64,000 nt of DNA from Antedon mediterranea (GCF_964355755.1 NC_092680.1:12028001-12092000), one strand, 5' to 3'. Positions 27,001 to 41,518 are shown, counted from the stretch's first letter. Notes: generated by a model from the letters alone, not told the origin. A program made the numbers and translations.

Positions 27001-30000
27001 AAATGCGATTTGAAGCTCTTCTGTACACTTTGATGTTTTGTGTGAAAAAGTTTTGTCGAAATGCTCAAAATGGTCTAAAACGTTTTTAAATACGATATTA
27101 AGCTGTTTTGTGCAGTTTGATTATTTGTGTGAAAAGTTTTAACGAAATGCTCAAAATGGTCTAACACGGTTTCTAATGCGATTTGAAGCTATTCTGTACA
27201 CTTTGAAGTTTTGTGTGAAAAAGTTTTCTCGAAATGCTCAAAATGGTCTAAAACGTTTTTATATACCATATTAAGCTATTTTGTGGACTTTGATGTTTTT
27301 TGTTAAAAGTTTTATCGAAATGCTCAAAATGGTCTAAAACGGTTTCTATTGTGATTTTAAGTACTTTGATGATTTTGTGTAACCAAGTTTCATCGAAATG
27401 TACAAAATGGTCTAAAACGTCTCCAAATGCGATTTGAAGCTATTCTAAGTACTTTTGTGTTTTTATGTTAACAAGTTTTTTCGAAAATCACAAAATGGTC
27501 TAAAACGTCTTCAAATGCGATTTGAAGCTATTCTGTACACTTTGATGTTTTGTGTGAAAAAGTTTTGTCGAAATGCTCAAAATGGTCTAAAACGTTTTTA
27601 AATACGATATTAAGCTATTTTGTGATCTTTGATGTTTTTGTGTGAAAAGTTTTATCGAAATGCTCAAAATGGTCTGAAACGGTTTCTAATGCGATTTGAA
27701 GCTATTCTGTACACTTTGAAGTTTTGTGTGAAAAAGTTTTCTCGAAATGCTCAAAATGGTCTAAAACGTTTTTATATACCATATTAAGCTATTTTGTGAA
27801 CTTTGATGTTTTTTGTGAAAAGTTTTATCGAAATGCTCAAAATGGTCTAAAACGGTTTCTATTGTGATTTTAAGCACTTTGATGATTTTGTGTAACCAAG
27901 TTTCATCGAAATGTACAAAATGGTCTAAAACGTCTCCAAATGCGATTTGAAGCTATTCTAAGTACTTTTGTGTTTTTATGTTAACAAGTTTTTTCGAAAA
28001 TCACAAAATGGTCTAAAACGTCTTCAAATGCGATTTGAAGCTATTCTGTACACTTTGATGTTTTGTGTGAAAAAGTTTTGTTAAAATGCTCAAAATGGTC
28101 TAAAACGTTTTTAAAACGATATTAAGCTATTTTGTGCTCTTTGATGTTTTTGTGTAACCAAGTTTCATCGAAAATCACAAAATGGTCTAAAACGTCTCCA
28201 AATGCGATTTGAAGCTTTTCTAAGCACTTTGGTGTTTTTATGTTAACAAGTTTTTTCGAAAATCACAAAATGGTCTAAAACGTCTCCAAATGCGATTTGA
28301 AGCTCTTCTGTACACTCTGATGTTTTGTGTGAACAAGTTTTGTCGAAATTCTCAAAATGGTCTAAAACGTTTTTAAATACGATATTAAGCTGTTTTGTGC
28401 ACTTTGATGATTTGTGTGAAAGTTTTAACGAAATGCTAAAAATGGTCAAAAACGGTTTCTAATGTGATTTTAAGCACTTTGATGTTTTTGTGTAACCAAG
28501 TTTTTTCGAAAATCACAAAATGGTCTAAAACGTCTCCAAATGCGATTTGAAGCTTTTCCAAGCACTTTGGTGTTTTTATGTTAACAAGTTTTTTCGAAAA
28601 TCACAAAATGGTCTAAAACGTCTCCAAATGCGATTTGAAGATATTCTGAGCACTTTGGTGTTTTTATGTTAAAAAGTTTTTTCGAAAATCACAAAATAGT
28701 CTAAAACGTCTCCAATTGCGATTTGAAGCTATTCTGTACACTTTGATGTTTTGTGTGAAAAAGTTTTGTCGAAATGCTCAAAATGGTCTAAAACGTTTTT
28801 AAAACGATATTAAGCTATTTTGTGCTCTTTGATATTTTTGTGTAACCAAGTTTCATCGAAAATCACAAAATGGTCTAAAACGTCTCCAAATGCGATTTGA
28901 AGCTTTTCTAAGCACTTTGGTGTTTTTATGTTAACAAGTTTTTTCGAAAATCACGAAATGGTCTAAAATGTCTCCAAATGCGATTTGAAGATATTCTGAG
29001 CACTTTGGTGTTTTTATGTTAAAATGTTTTTTCGAAAATCACAAATTGGTCTAAAACGTCTCCAAATGCGATTTGAAGCTCTTCTGTACACTTTGATGTT
29101 TTGTGTGAAAAAGTTTTGTCGAAATGCTCAAAATGGTCTAAAACGTTTTTAAATACGATATTAAGCTGTTTTGTGCAGTTTGATTATTTGTGTGAAAAGT
29201 TTTAACGAAATGCTCAAAATGGTCTAAAACGGTATCTAATGCGATTTGAAGCTATTCTGTACACTTTGAAGTTTTTTGTGAAAAAGTTTTCTCGAAATGC
29301 TCAAAATGGTCTAAAACGTTTTTATATACCATAATTATTAAGCTATTTTGTGCACTTTGATGTTTTTTGTGAAAAGTTTTATCGAAATGCTCAAAATGGT
29401 CTGAAACGGTTTCTATTGTGATTTTAAGCACTTTGATGATTTTGTGTAACCAAGTTTCATCGAAATGTTCAAAATGGTCTAAAACGTCTCCAAATGCGAT
29501 TTGAAGCTATTCTAAGTACTTTTGTGTTTTTATGTTAACAAGTTTTTTCGAAAATCACGAAATGGTCTAAAATGTCTCCAAATGCGATTTGAAGATATTC
29601 TGAGCACTTTGGTGTTTTTATGTTAAAAAGTTTTGTCGAAATGCTCAAAATGGTCTAAAACGTTTTTAAATACGATATTAAGCTATTTTGTGATCTTTGA
29701 TGTTTTTGTGTGAAAAGTTTTATCGAAATGCTCAAAATGGTCTAAAACGGTTTCTATTGTGATTTTAAGCACTTTGATGATTTTGTGTAACCAAGTTTCA
29801 TCGAAATGTACAAAATGGTCTAAAACGTCTTCAAATGCGATTTGAAGCTATTCTAAGTACTTTTGTGTTTTTATGTTAACAAGTTTTTTCGAAAATCACA
29901 AAATGGTCTAAAACGTCTTCAAATGCGATTTGAAGCTATTTTGTACACTTTGATGTTTTGTGTGAAAAAGTTTTGTCAAAATGCTCAAAATGGTCTAAAA

Positions 30001-33000
30001 CGTTTTTAAAACGATATTAAGCTATTTTGTGCTCTTTGATGTTTTTGTGTAACCAAGTTTTTTCAAAAATCACAAAATGGTCTAAAACGTCCCCAAATGC
30101 GATTTGAAGCTTTTCTAAGCACTTTTGTGTTTTTATGTTAACAAGTTTTTTCGAAAATCACAAAATGGTCTAAAACGTCTCCAAATGCGATTTGAAGATA
30201 TTCTGAGCACTTTGGTGTTTTTATGTTAAAAAGTTTTTTCGAAAATCACAAAAATAATAGTCTAAAACGTCTCCAAATGCGATTTGAAGCTATTCTGTAC
30301 ACTTTGATGTTTTGTGTGAAAAAGTTTTGTCGAAATGCTCAAAATGGTCTAAAACGTTTTTAAAACGATATTAAGCTATTTTGTGCTCTTTGATGTTTTT
30401 GTGTAACCAAGTTTCATCGAAAATCACAAAATGGTCTAAAACGTCTCCAAATGCGATTTGAAGCTTTTCTAAGCACTTTGGTGTTTTTATGTTAACAAGT
30501 TTTTTCGAAAATCACGAAATGGTCTAAAATGTCTCCAAATGCGATTTGAAGATATTCTGAGCACTTTGGTGTTTTTATGTTAAAAAGTCTTTTCGAAAAT
30601 CACAAAATGGTCTAAAACGTCTCCAAATGCGATTTGAAGCTTTGATGTTTTGTGTGAAAAAGTTTTGTCGATATGCTCAAAATGGTCTAAAACGTTTTTA
30701 AATACGATATTAAGCTGTTTTGTGCACTTTAATGATTTGTGTGAAAAGTTTCAACGAAATGCTCAAAATGGTCTAAAAAGGTTTCTAATGTGATTTTAAG
30801 CACTTTGATGTTTTTGTGTAACCAAGTTTTTTCGAAAATCACAAAATGGTCTAAAACGTCTCCAAATGCGATTTGAAGCTTTTCTAAGCACTTTGGTGTT
30901 TTTATGTTAACAAGTTTTTTCGAAAATCACAAAATGGTCTAAAACGTCTCCAAATGCGATTTGAGGATATTCTGAGCACTTTGGTGTTTTTATGTTAAAA
31001 AGTTTTTTCGAAAATCACAAAATGGTCTAAAACGTCTCCAAATGCGATTTGAAGCTATTCTGTAGACTTTGATGTTTTGTGTGAAAAAGTTTTGTCGAAA
31101 TGCTCAAAATGGTCTAAAACGTTTTTAAAACGATATTAAGCTATTTTGTGCTCTTTGATGTTTTTGTGTAACCAAGTTTCATCGAAAATCACAAAATGGT
31201 CTAAAACGTCTCCAAATGCGATTTGAAGCTTTTCTAAGCACTTTGGTGTTTTTATGTTAACAAGTTTTTTCGAAAATCACGAAATGGTCTAAAATGTCTC
31301 CAAATGCGATTTGAAGATATTCTGAGCACTTTGGTGTTTTTATGTTAAAAAGTTTTTTCGAAAATCACAAAATGGTCTAAAACGTCTCCAAATGCGATTT
31401 GAAGCTCTTCTGTACACTTTGATGTTTTGTGTGAAAAAGTTTTGTCGAAATGCTCAAAATGGTCTAAAACGTTTTTAAATACGATATTAAGCTGTTTTGT
31501 GCAGTTTGATGATTTGTGTGAAAAGTTTTAACGAAATGCTCAAAATGGTCTAAAAAGGTTTCTAATGCGATTTGAAGCTATTCTGTACACTTTGAAGTTT
31601 TTTGTGAAAAAGTTTTCTCGAAATGCTCAAAATGGTCTAAAACGTTTTTATATACCATATTAAGCTATTTTGTGCACTTTGATGTTTTTTGTGAAAAGTT
31701 TTATCGAAATGCTCAAAATGATCTGAAACGGTTTCTATTGTGATTTTAAGCACTTTGATGATTTTGTGTAACCAAGTTTCATCGAAATGTACAAAATGGT
31801 CTAAAACGTCTCCAAATGCGATTTGAAGCTATTCTAAGTACTTTCGTGTTTTTATGTTAACAAGTTTTTTCGAAAATCACGAAATGGTCTAAAACGTCTC
31901 CAAATGCGATTTGAAGATATTCTGAGCACTTTGGTGTTTTTATGTTAAAAAGTTTTGTCGAAATGCTCAAAATGGTCTAAAACGTTTTTAAATACGATAT
32001 TAAGCTATTTTGTGATCTTTGATGTTTTTATGTGAAAAGTTTTATCGAAATGCTCAAAATGGTCTGAAACGGTTTCTAATGCGATTTGAAGCTATTCTGT
32101 ACACTTTGAAGTTTTTTGTGAAAGAGTTTTCTCGAAATGCTCAAAATGGTCTAAAACGTTTTTATATACCATATTAAGCTATTTTGTGCACTTTGATGTT
32201 TTTTGTGAAAAGTTTTATCGAAATGCTCAAAATGGTCTAAAACGGTTTCTATTGTGATTTTAAGCACTTTGATGATTTTGTGTAACCAAGTTTCATCGAA
32301 ATGTACAAAATGGTCTAAAACGTCTCCAAATGCGATTTGAAGCTATTCTAAGTACTTTTGTGTTTTTATGTTAAATAGTTTTTTCGAAAATCACAAAATG
32401 GTCTAAAACGTCTTCAAATGCGATTTGAAGCTATTCTGTACATTTTGATGTTTTGTGTGAAAAAGTTTTGTCGAAATGCTCAAAATTGTCTAAAACGTTT
32501 TTAAATACGATATTAAGCTATTTTGTGATCTTTGATGTTTTTGTGTGAAAAGTTTTATCGAAATGCTCAAAATGGTCTAAAACGGTTTCTAATGCGATTT
32601 GAAGCTATTCTGTACACTTTGAAGTTTTGTGTGAAAAAGTTTTCTCGAAATGCTCAAAATGGTCTAAAACGTTTTTATATACCATATTAAGCTATTTTGT
32701 GCACTTTGATGTTTTTTGTGAAAAGTTTTATCGAAATGCTCAAAATGGTCTAAAACGGTTTCTATTGTGATTTTAAGCACTTTGATGATTTTGTGTAACC
32801 AAGTTTCATCGAAATGTACAAAATGGTCTAAAACGTCTCCAAATGCGATTTGAAGCTATTCTAAGTACTTTTGTGTTTTTATGTTAACAAGTTTTTTCGA
32901 AAATCACAAAATGGTCTAAAACGTCTTCAAATGCGATTTGAAGCTATTCTGTACACTTTGATGTTTTGTGTGAAAAAGTTTTGTCGAAATGCTCAAAATG

Positions 33001-36000
33001 GTCTAAAACGTTTTTAAATACGATATTAAGCTATTTTGTGATCTTTGATGTTTTTGTGTGAAAAGTTTTACCAAAATGCTCAAAATGGTCTGAAACGGTT
33101 TCTAATGCGATTTGAAGCTATTCTGTACACTTTGAAATTTTGTGTGAAAAAGTTTTCTCGAAATGCTCAAAATGGTCTAAAACGTTTTTATATACCATAT
33201 TAAGCTATTCTGTACACTTTGATGTTTTGTGTGAAAAAGTTTTGTCAAAATGCTCAAAATGGTCTAAAACGTTTTTAAAACGATATTAAGCTATTTTGTG
33301 CTCTTTGATGATTTTGTGTAACCAAGTTTCATCGAAATGTACAAAATGGTCTAAAACGTCTCCAAATGCGATTTGAAGCTATTCTAAGTACTTTTGTGTT
33401 TTTATGTTAACAAGTTTTTTCGAAAATCACAAAATGGTCTAAAACGTCTTCAAATGCGATTTGAAGCTATTCTGTACACTTTGATGTTTTGTGTGAAAAA
33501 GTTTTGTCGAAATGCTCAAAATGGTCTAAAACGTTTTTAAATACGATATTAAGCTATTTTGTGATCTTTGATGTTTTTGTGTGAAAAGTTTTATCGAAAT
33601 GCTCAAAATGGTCTGAAACGGTTTCTAATGCGATTTGAAGCTATTCTGTACACTTTGAAGTTTTTTGTGAAAAAGTTTTCTCGAAATGCTCAAAATGGTC
33701 TAAAACGTTTTTATATACCATATTAAGCTATTTTGTGCACTTTGATGTTTTTTGTGAAAAGTTTTATCGAAATGCTCAAAATGGTCTAAAACGGTTTCTA
33801 TTGTGATTTTAAGCACTTTGATGATTTTGTGTAACCAAGTTTCATCGAAATGTACAAAATGGTCTAAAACGTCTCCAAATGCGATTTGAAGCTATTCTAA
33901 GTACTTTTGTGTTTTTATGTTAACAAGTTTTTTCGAAAATCACAAAATGGTCTAAAACGTCTTCAAATGCGATTTGAAGCTATTCTGTACACTTTGATGT
34001 TTTGTGTGAAAAAGTTTTGTCGAAATGCTCAAAATGGTCTAAAACGTTTTTAAATACGATATTAAGCTATTTTGTGATCTTTGATGTTTTTGTGTGAAAA
34101 GTTTTATCGAAATGCTCAAAATGGTCTGAAACGGTTTCTATTGTGATTTTAAGCACTTTGATGATTTTGTGTAACCAAGTTTCATCGAAATGTACAAAAT
34201 GGTCTAAAACGTCTCCAAATGCGATTTGAAGCTATTCTAAGTACTTTTGTGTTTTTATGTTAACAAGTTTTTTCGAAAATCACAAAATGGTCTAAAACGT
34301 CTTCAAATGCGATTTGAAGCTATTCTGTACACTTTGATGTTTTGTGTGAAAAAGTTTTGTCGAAATTCTCAAAATGGTCTAAAACGTTTTTAAATACGAT
34401 ATTAAGCTATTTTGTGCTCTTTGATGTTTTTGTGTAACCAAGTTTCATCGAAAATCACAAAATGGTCTAAAACGTCTTCAAATGCGATTTGAAGCTATTC
34501 TGTACACTTTGATGTTTTGTGTGAAAAAGTTTTGTCAAAATGCTCAAAATGGTCTAAAACGTTTTTAAAACGATATTAAGCTATTTTGTGCTCTTTGATG
34601 TTTTTGTGTAACCAAGTTTCATCGAAAATCACAAAATGGTCTAAAACGTCTCCAAATGCGATTTGAAGCTTTTCTAAGCACTTTGGTGTTTTTATGTTAA
34701 CAAGTTTTTTCGAAAATCATGAAATGGTCTAAAATGTCTCCAAATACGATTTGAAGATATTCTGAGCACTTTGATGTTTTTGTGTGAAAAGTTTTATCGA
34801 AATGCTCAAAATGGTCTAAAACGGTTTCTAATGCGATTTGAAGCTATTCTGTACACTTTGAAGTTTTTTGTGAAAAAGTTTTCTCGAAATGCTCAAAATG
34901 GTCTAAAACGTTTTTATATACCATATTAAGCTATTTTGTGCACTTTTATGTTTTGTGTAAAAAAGTTTTGTCGAAATTCTCAAAAAGGTCTAAAACGTTT
35001 TTAAATACGATATTAAGCTGTTTTGTGCACTTTGATGATTTGTGTGAAAAGTTTTAACGAAATGCTCAAAATGGTCAAAAACGGTTTCTAATGTGATTTT
35101 AAGCACTTTGATGTTTTTGTGTAACCAAGTTTTTTAAAAAATCACAAAATGGTCTAAAACGTCTCCAAATGCGATTTGAAGCTTTTCTAAGCACTTTTGT
35201 GTTTTTATGTTAACAAGTTTTTTAAAAAATCACAAAATGGTCTAAAACGTCTCCAAATGCGATTTGAAGATATTCTGAGCACTTTGGTGTTTTTATGTTA
35301 AAAAGTTTTTTCGAAAATCACAAAATAGTCTAAAACGTCTCCAAATGCGATTTGAAGCTATTCTGTACACTTTGATGTTTTGTGTGAAAAAGTTTTGTCG
35401 AAATGCTCAAAATGGTCTAAAACGTTTTTAAAACGATATTAAGCTATTTTGTGCTCTTTGATGTTTTTGTGTAACCAAGTTTCATCGAAAATCACAAAAT
35501 GGTCTAAAACGTCTCAAAATGCGATTTGAAGCTTTTCTAAGCACTTTGGTGTTTTTATGTTAACAAGTTTTTTCGAAAATCACGAAATGGTCTAAAATGT
35601 CTCCAAATGCGATTTAAAGATATTCTGAGCACTTTGGTGTTTTTATGTTAAAAAGTTTTTTCGAAAATCACAAAATGGTCTAAAACGTCTCCAAATGCGA
35701 TTTGAAGCTCTTCTGTACACTTTGATGTTTTGTGTGAAAAAGTTTTGTCGAAATGCTCAAAATGGTCTAAAACGTTTTTAAATACGATATTAAGCTGTTT
35801 TGTGCACTTTGATGATTTGTGTGAAAAGTTTTAACGAAATGCTCAAAATGGTCTAAAACGGTTTCTAATGTGATTTTAAGCACTTTGATGTTTTTGTGTA
35901 ACCAAGTTTTTTCGAAAATCACAAAATAGTCTAAAACGTCTCCAAATGCGATTTGAAGCTTTTCTAAGCACTTTGGTGTTTTTATGTTAACAAGTTTTTT

Positions 36001-39000
36001 CGAAAATCACAAAATGGTCTAAAACGTCTCCAAATGCGATTTGAGGATATTCTGAGCACTTTGGTGTTTTTTTGTTAAAAAGTTTTTTCGAAAATCACAA
36101 AATGGTCTAAAACGTCTCCAAATGCGATTTGAAGCTATTCTGTACACTTTGATGTTTTGTGTGAAAAATTTTTGTCAAAATGCTCAAAATGGTCTAAAAC
36201 GTTTTTAAAACGATATTAAGCTATTTTGTGCTCTTTGATGATTTTGTGTAACCAAGTTTCATCGAAATGTACAAAATGGTCTAAAACGTCTCCAAATGCG
36301 ATTTGAAGCTATTCTAAGTACTTTTGTGTTTTTATGTTAACAAGTTTTTTCGAAAATCACAAAATGGTCTAAAACGTCTTCAAATGCGATTTGAAGCTAT
36401 TCTGTACACTTTTATGTTTTGTGTGAAAAAGTTTTGTCGAAATGCTCAAAATGGTCTAAAACGTTTTTAAATACGATATTAAGCTATTTTGCTATCTTTG
36501 ATGATTTGTGTGAAAAGTTTTAACGAAATGCTCAAAATGGTCAAAAACGGTTTCTAATGTGATTTTAAGCACTTTGATGTTTTTGTGTAACCAAGTTTTT
36601 TCAAAAATCACAAAATGGTCTAAAACGTCTCCAAATGCGATTTGAAGCTTTTCTAAGCACTTTGGTGTTTTTATGTTAACAAGTTTTTTCGAAAATCACA
36701 AAATGGTCTAAAACGTCTCCAAATGCGATTTGAAGCTCTTCTGTACACTTTGATGTTTTGTGTGAAAAAGTTTTGTCGAAATGCTCAAAATGGTCTAAAA
36801 CGTTTTTAAATACGATATTAAGCTATTTTGTGATCTTTGATGTTTTTGTGTGAAAAGTTTTATCGAAATGCTCAAAATGGTCTGAAACGGTTTCTAATGC
36901 GATTTGAAGCTATTCTGTACACTTTGAAGTTTTTTGTGAAAAAGTTTTCTCGAAATGCTCAAAATGGTCTAAAACGTTTTTATATACCATATTAAGCTAT
37001 TTTGTGCACTTTGATGTTTTTTGTGAAAAGTTTTATCGAAATGCTCAAAATGGTCTAAAACGGTTTCTATTGTGATTTTAAGCACTTTGATGATTTTGTG
37101 TAACCAAGTTTCATCGAAATGTACAAAATGGTCTAAAACGTCTCCAAATGCGATTTGAAGCTATTCTAAGTACTTTTGTGGTTTTATGTTAACAAGTTTT
37201 TTCGAAAATCACAAAATGGTCTAAAACGTCTTCAAATGCAATTTGAAGCTATTCTGTACACTTTGATGTTTTGTGTGAAAAAGTTTTGTCGAAATGCTCA
37301 AAATGGTCTAAAACGTTTTTAAATACGATATTAAGCTATTTTGTGATCTTTGATGTTTTTGTGTGAAAAGTTTTATCGAAATGCTCAAAATGGTCTAAAA
37401 CGGTTTCTATTGTGATTTTAAGCACTTTGATGATTTTGTGTAACCAAGTTTCATCGAAATGTACAAAATGGTCTAAAACGTCTCCAAATGCGATTTGAAG
37501 CTATTCTAAGTACTTTTGTGTTTTTATGTTAACAAGTTTTTTCGAAAATCACAAAATGGTCTAAAACGTCTTCAAATGCGATTTGAAGCTATTCTGTACA
37601 CTTTGATGTTTTGTGTGAAAAAGTTTTGCCAAAATGCTAAAAATGGTCTAAAACGTTTTTAAATCGATATTAAGCTATTTTGTGCTCTTTGATGTTTTTG
37701 TGTAACCAAGTTTCATCGAAAATCACAAAATGGTCTAAAACGTCTCCAAATGCGATTTGAAGCTTTTCTAAGCACTTTGGTGTTTTTATGTTAACAAGTT
37801 TTTTCGAAAAGCACAAAATGGTCTAAAACGTCTCCAAATGCGATTTGAAGCTCTTCTGTACACTTTGATGTTTTGTGTGAACAAGTTTTGTCGAAATTCT
37901 CAAAATGGTCTAAAACGTTTTTAAATACGATATTAAGCTGTTTTGTGCACTTTGATTATTTGTGTGAAAAGTTTTAACGAAATGCTCAAAAAGGTCAAAA
38001 ACGGTTTCTAATGTGATTTTAAGCACTTTGATGTTTTTGTGTAACCAAGTTTTTTCGAAAATCACAAAATGGTCTAAAACGTCTCCAAATGCGATTTGAA
38101 GCTTTTCTAAGCACTTTGGTGTTTTTATGTTAACAAGTTTTTTCGAAAATCACAAAATGGTCTAAAACGTCTCCAAATGCGATTTGAAGATATTCTGAGC
38201 CCTTTGGTGTTTTTATGTTAAAAAGTTTTTTCGAAAATCACAAAATAGTCTAAAACGTCTCCAAATGCGATTTGAAGCTATTCTGTACACTTTGATGTTT
38301 TGTGTGAAAAAGTTTTGTCGAAATGCTCAAAATGGTCTAAAACGTTTTTAAAACGATATTAAGCTATTTTGTGCTCTTTGATTTTTTTGTGTAACCAAGT
38401 TTCATCGAAAATCACAAAATGGTCTAAAACGTCTCCAAATGCGATTTGAAGCTTTTATAAGCACTTTGGTGTTTTTATGTTAACAAGTTTTTTCGAAAAT
38501 CACGAAATGGTCTAAAATGTCTCCAAATGCGATTTGAAGATATTCTGAGCACTTTGATGTTTTTGTGTGAAAAGTTTTATCGAAATGCTCAAAATGGTCT
38601 AAAACGGTTTCTAATGCGATTTGAAGCTATTCTGTACACTTTGAAGTTTTTTGTGAAAAAGTTTTCTCGAAACGCTCAAAATGGTCTAAAACGTTTTTAA
38701 ATACGATATTAAGCTGTTTTGTGCACTTTAATGATTTGTGTGAAAAGTTTTAACGAAATGCTCAAAATGGTCAAAAACGGTTTCTAATGTGATTTTAAGC
38801 ACTTTGATGTTTTTGTGTAACCAAGTTTTTTAAAAAATCACAAAATGGTCTAAAACGTCTCCAAATGCGATTTGAAGCTTTTCTAAGCACTTTGGTGTTT
38901 TTATGTTAACAAGTTTTTTCGAAAATCACAAAATGGTCTAAAACGTCTCCAAATGCGATTTGAAGCTCTTCTGTACACTTTGATGTTTTGTGTGAAAAAG

Positions 39001-41518
39001 TTTTGTCGAAATTCTCAAAATGGTCTAAAACGTTTTTAAATACGATATTAAGCTGTTTTGTGCTCTTTGATGTTTTTGTGTAACCAAGTTTCATCGAAAA
39101 TCACAAAATGGTCTAAAACGTCTTCAAATGCGATTTGAAGCTATTCTGTACACTTTGATGTTTTGTGTGAAAAAGTTCTGTCAAAATGCTCAAAATGGTC
39201 TAAAACGTTTTTAAAACGATATTAAGCTATTTTGAGGTCTTTGATGTTTTTGTGTAACCAAGTTTCATCGAAAATCACAAAATGGTCTAAAACGTCTCCA
39301 AATGCGATTTGAAGCTTTTCTAAGCACTTTGGTGTTTTTATGTTAACAAGTTTTTTCGAAAATCACAAAATGGTCTAAAACGTCTCCAAATGCGATTTGA
39401 AGCTCTTCTGTACACTTTGATGTTTTGTGTGAAAAAGTTTTGTCGAAATTCTCAAAATGGTCTAAAACGTTTTTAAATACGATATTAAGCTGTTTTGTGC
39501 ACTTTTATTATTTGTGTGAAAAGTTTTAACGAAATGCTCAAAATGGTCAAAAACGGTTTCTAGTGTGATTTTAAGCACTTTGATGTTTTTGTGTAACCAA
39601 GTTTTTTCGAAAATCACAAAATGGTCTAAAACGTCTCCAAATGCGATTTGAAGCTTTTCTAAGCACTTTGGTGTTTTTATGTTAACAAGTTTTTTCGAAA
39701 ATCACAAAATGGTCTAAAACGTTTCCAAATGCGATTTAAAGATATTCTGAGCACTTTGGTGTTTTTATGTTAAAAAGTTTTTTCGAAAATCACAAAATAG
39801 TCTAAAACGTCTCCAAATGCGATTTGAAGCTATTCTGTACACTTTGATGTTTTGTGTGAAAAAGTTTTGTCGAAATGCTCAAAATGGTCTAAAACGTTTT
39901 TAAATACGATATTAAGCTATTTTGTGATCTTTGATGTTTTTGTGTGAAAAGTTTTATCGAAATGCTCAAAATGGTCTAAAACGGTTTCTAATGCGATTTG
40001 AAGCTATTCTGTACACTTTGAAGTTTTGTGTGAAAAAGTTTTCTCGAAATGCTCAAAATGGTCTAAAACGTTTTTATATACCATATTAAGCTATTTTGTG
40101 GACTTTGATGTTTTTTGTGAACAGTTTTATCGAAATGCTCAAAATGGTCTAAAACGGTTTCTATTGTGATTTTAAGCACTTTGATGATTTTGTGTAACCA
40201 AGTTTCATCGAAATGTACAAAATGGTCTAAAACGTCTCCAAATGCGATTTGAAGCTATTCTAAGCACTTTTGGGTTTTTATGTTAACAAGTTTATTAAAA
40301 AATCACAAAATGGTCTAAAACGTCTCCAAATGCGATTTGAAGCTATTCTGTACACTTTGATGTTTTGTGTGAAAAAGTTTTGTCGAAATGCTCAAAATGG
40401 TCTAAAACGTTTTTAAATACGATATTAAGCTATTTTGTGATCTTTGATGTTTTTGTGTGAAAAGTTTTATCGAAATGCTCAAAATGGTCTAAAACGGTTT
40501 CTAATGCGATTTGAAGCTATTCTTTACACTTTGAAGTTTTGTGTGAAAAAGTTTTCTCGAAATGCTCAAAATGGTCTAAAACGTTTTTATATACCATATT
40601 AAGCTATTTTGTTCACTTTGATGTTTTTTGTGAAAAGTTTTATCGAAATGCTCAAAATGGTCTAAAACGGTTTCTATTGTGATTTTAAGCACTTTGATGA
40701 TTTTGTGTAACCAAGTTTTATCAAAATGTACAAAATGGTCTAAAACGTCTCCAAATGCGATTTGAAGCTATTCTAAGTACTTTTGTGTTTTTATGTTAAC
40801 AAGTTTTTTCGAAAATCACAAAATGGTCTAAAACGTCTTCAAATGCGATTTGAAGCTATTCTGTACACTTTGATGTTTTGTGTGAAAAAGTTTTGTCGAA
40901 ATGCTCAAAATGGTCTAAAACGTTTTTAAATACGATATTAAGCTATTTTGTGATCTTTGATGTTTTTGTGTGAAAAGATTTATCGAAATGCTCAAAATGG
41001 TCTAAAACGGTTTCTAATGCGATTTGAAGCTATTCTGTACACTTTGAAGTTTTGTGTGAAAAAGTTTTATCGAAATACTCAAAATGGTCTAAAACGGTTT
41101 CTATTGTGATTTTAAGCACTTTGATGATTTTGTGTAACCAAGTTTCATCAAAATGTACAAAATGGTTTTAAAACGTCTCCAAATGCGATTTGAAGCTATT
41201 CTAAGTACTTTTGTGTTTTTATGTTAACAAGTTTTTTCGAAAATCACAAAATGGTCTAAAACGTCTCCAAATGCGATTTGAAGCTTTTTTGTACACTTTG
41301 ATGTTTTGTGTTAACAGGTTTTTTTTCGAAAATCACAAAATGGTCTTAAACGTTTTTAAATACGATATTAAGCTATTTTGTGCTCTTTGATGTTTTTGTG
41401 TGAAAAGTTTTATTGAAATGCTCAAAATGGTCTAAAACGGTTTATAATGTGATTTGAAGCTATTCTTAGCACTTTGGTGTTATTATGTTAACAAGTTTTT
41501 TCAAAAATCACAAAATGG
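1..41518 (+). repeat. Satellite A main tandem array (86-88 bp monomers plus 78-79 bp variant; roughly 480 monomers; runs off the left window edge)
   Basis: The anchor ATGGTCTAAAA(C/T)G recurs at 88, 166, 254, 341, 428, 506, 594, 682 and onward (spacings 78, 88, 87, 87, 78, 88, 88). About ten recurrent monomer variants are present. A 340-bp 4-mer period is seen (CTATTGTGAT at 9721, 10061, 10401) and a 513-bp 6-mer (10401 to 10914). Copy number is estimated from length. Confidence 0.98.
25080..29225 (+). repeat. Near-perfect 2063-bp tandem duplication inside SatA
   Basis: Private variants recur at offset 2063: CTAACACGG at 25098/27161 and TGCAGTTTGATTATT at 27111/29174. The identical spurious ORFs at 26180 and 28243 show the same offset. 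Confidence 0.9.

Noticed and set aside
1-41518. CRISPR-like appearance (constant AAAATGGTCTAAAAC with variable intervening sequence)
   Set aside because: The intervening segments are homologous to each other and recur many times, so they are not unique spacers. There are no cas genes and the context is eukaryotic.
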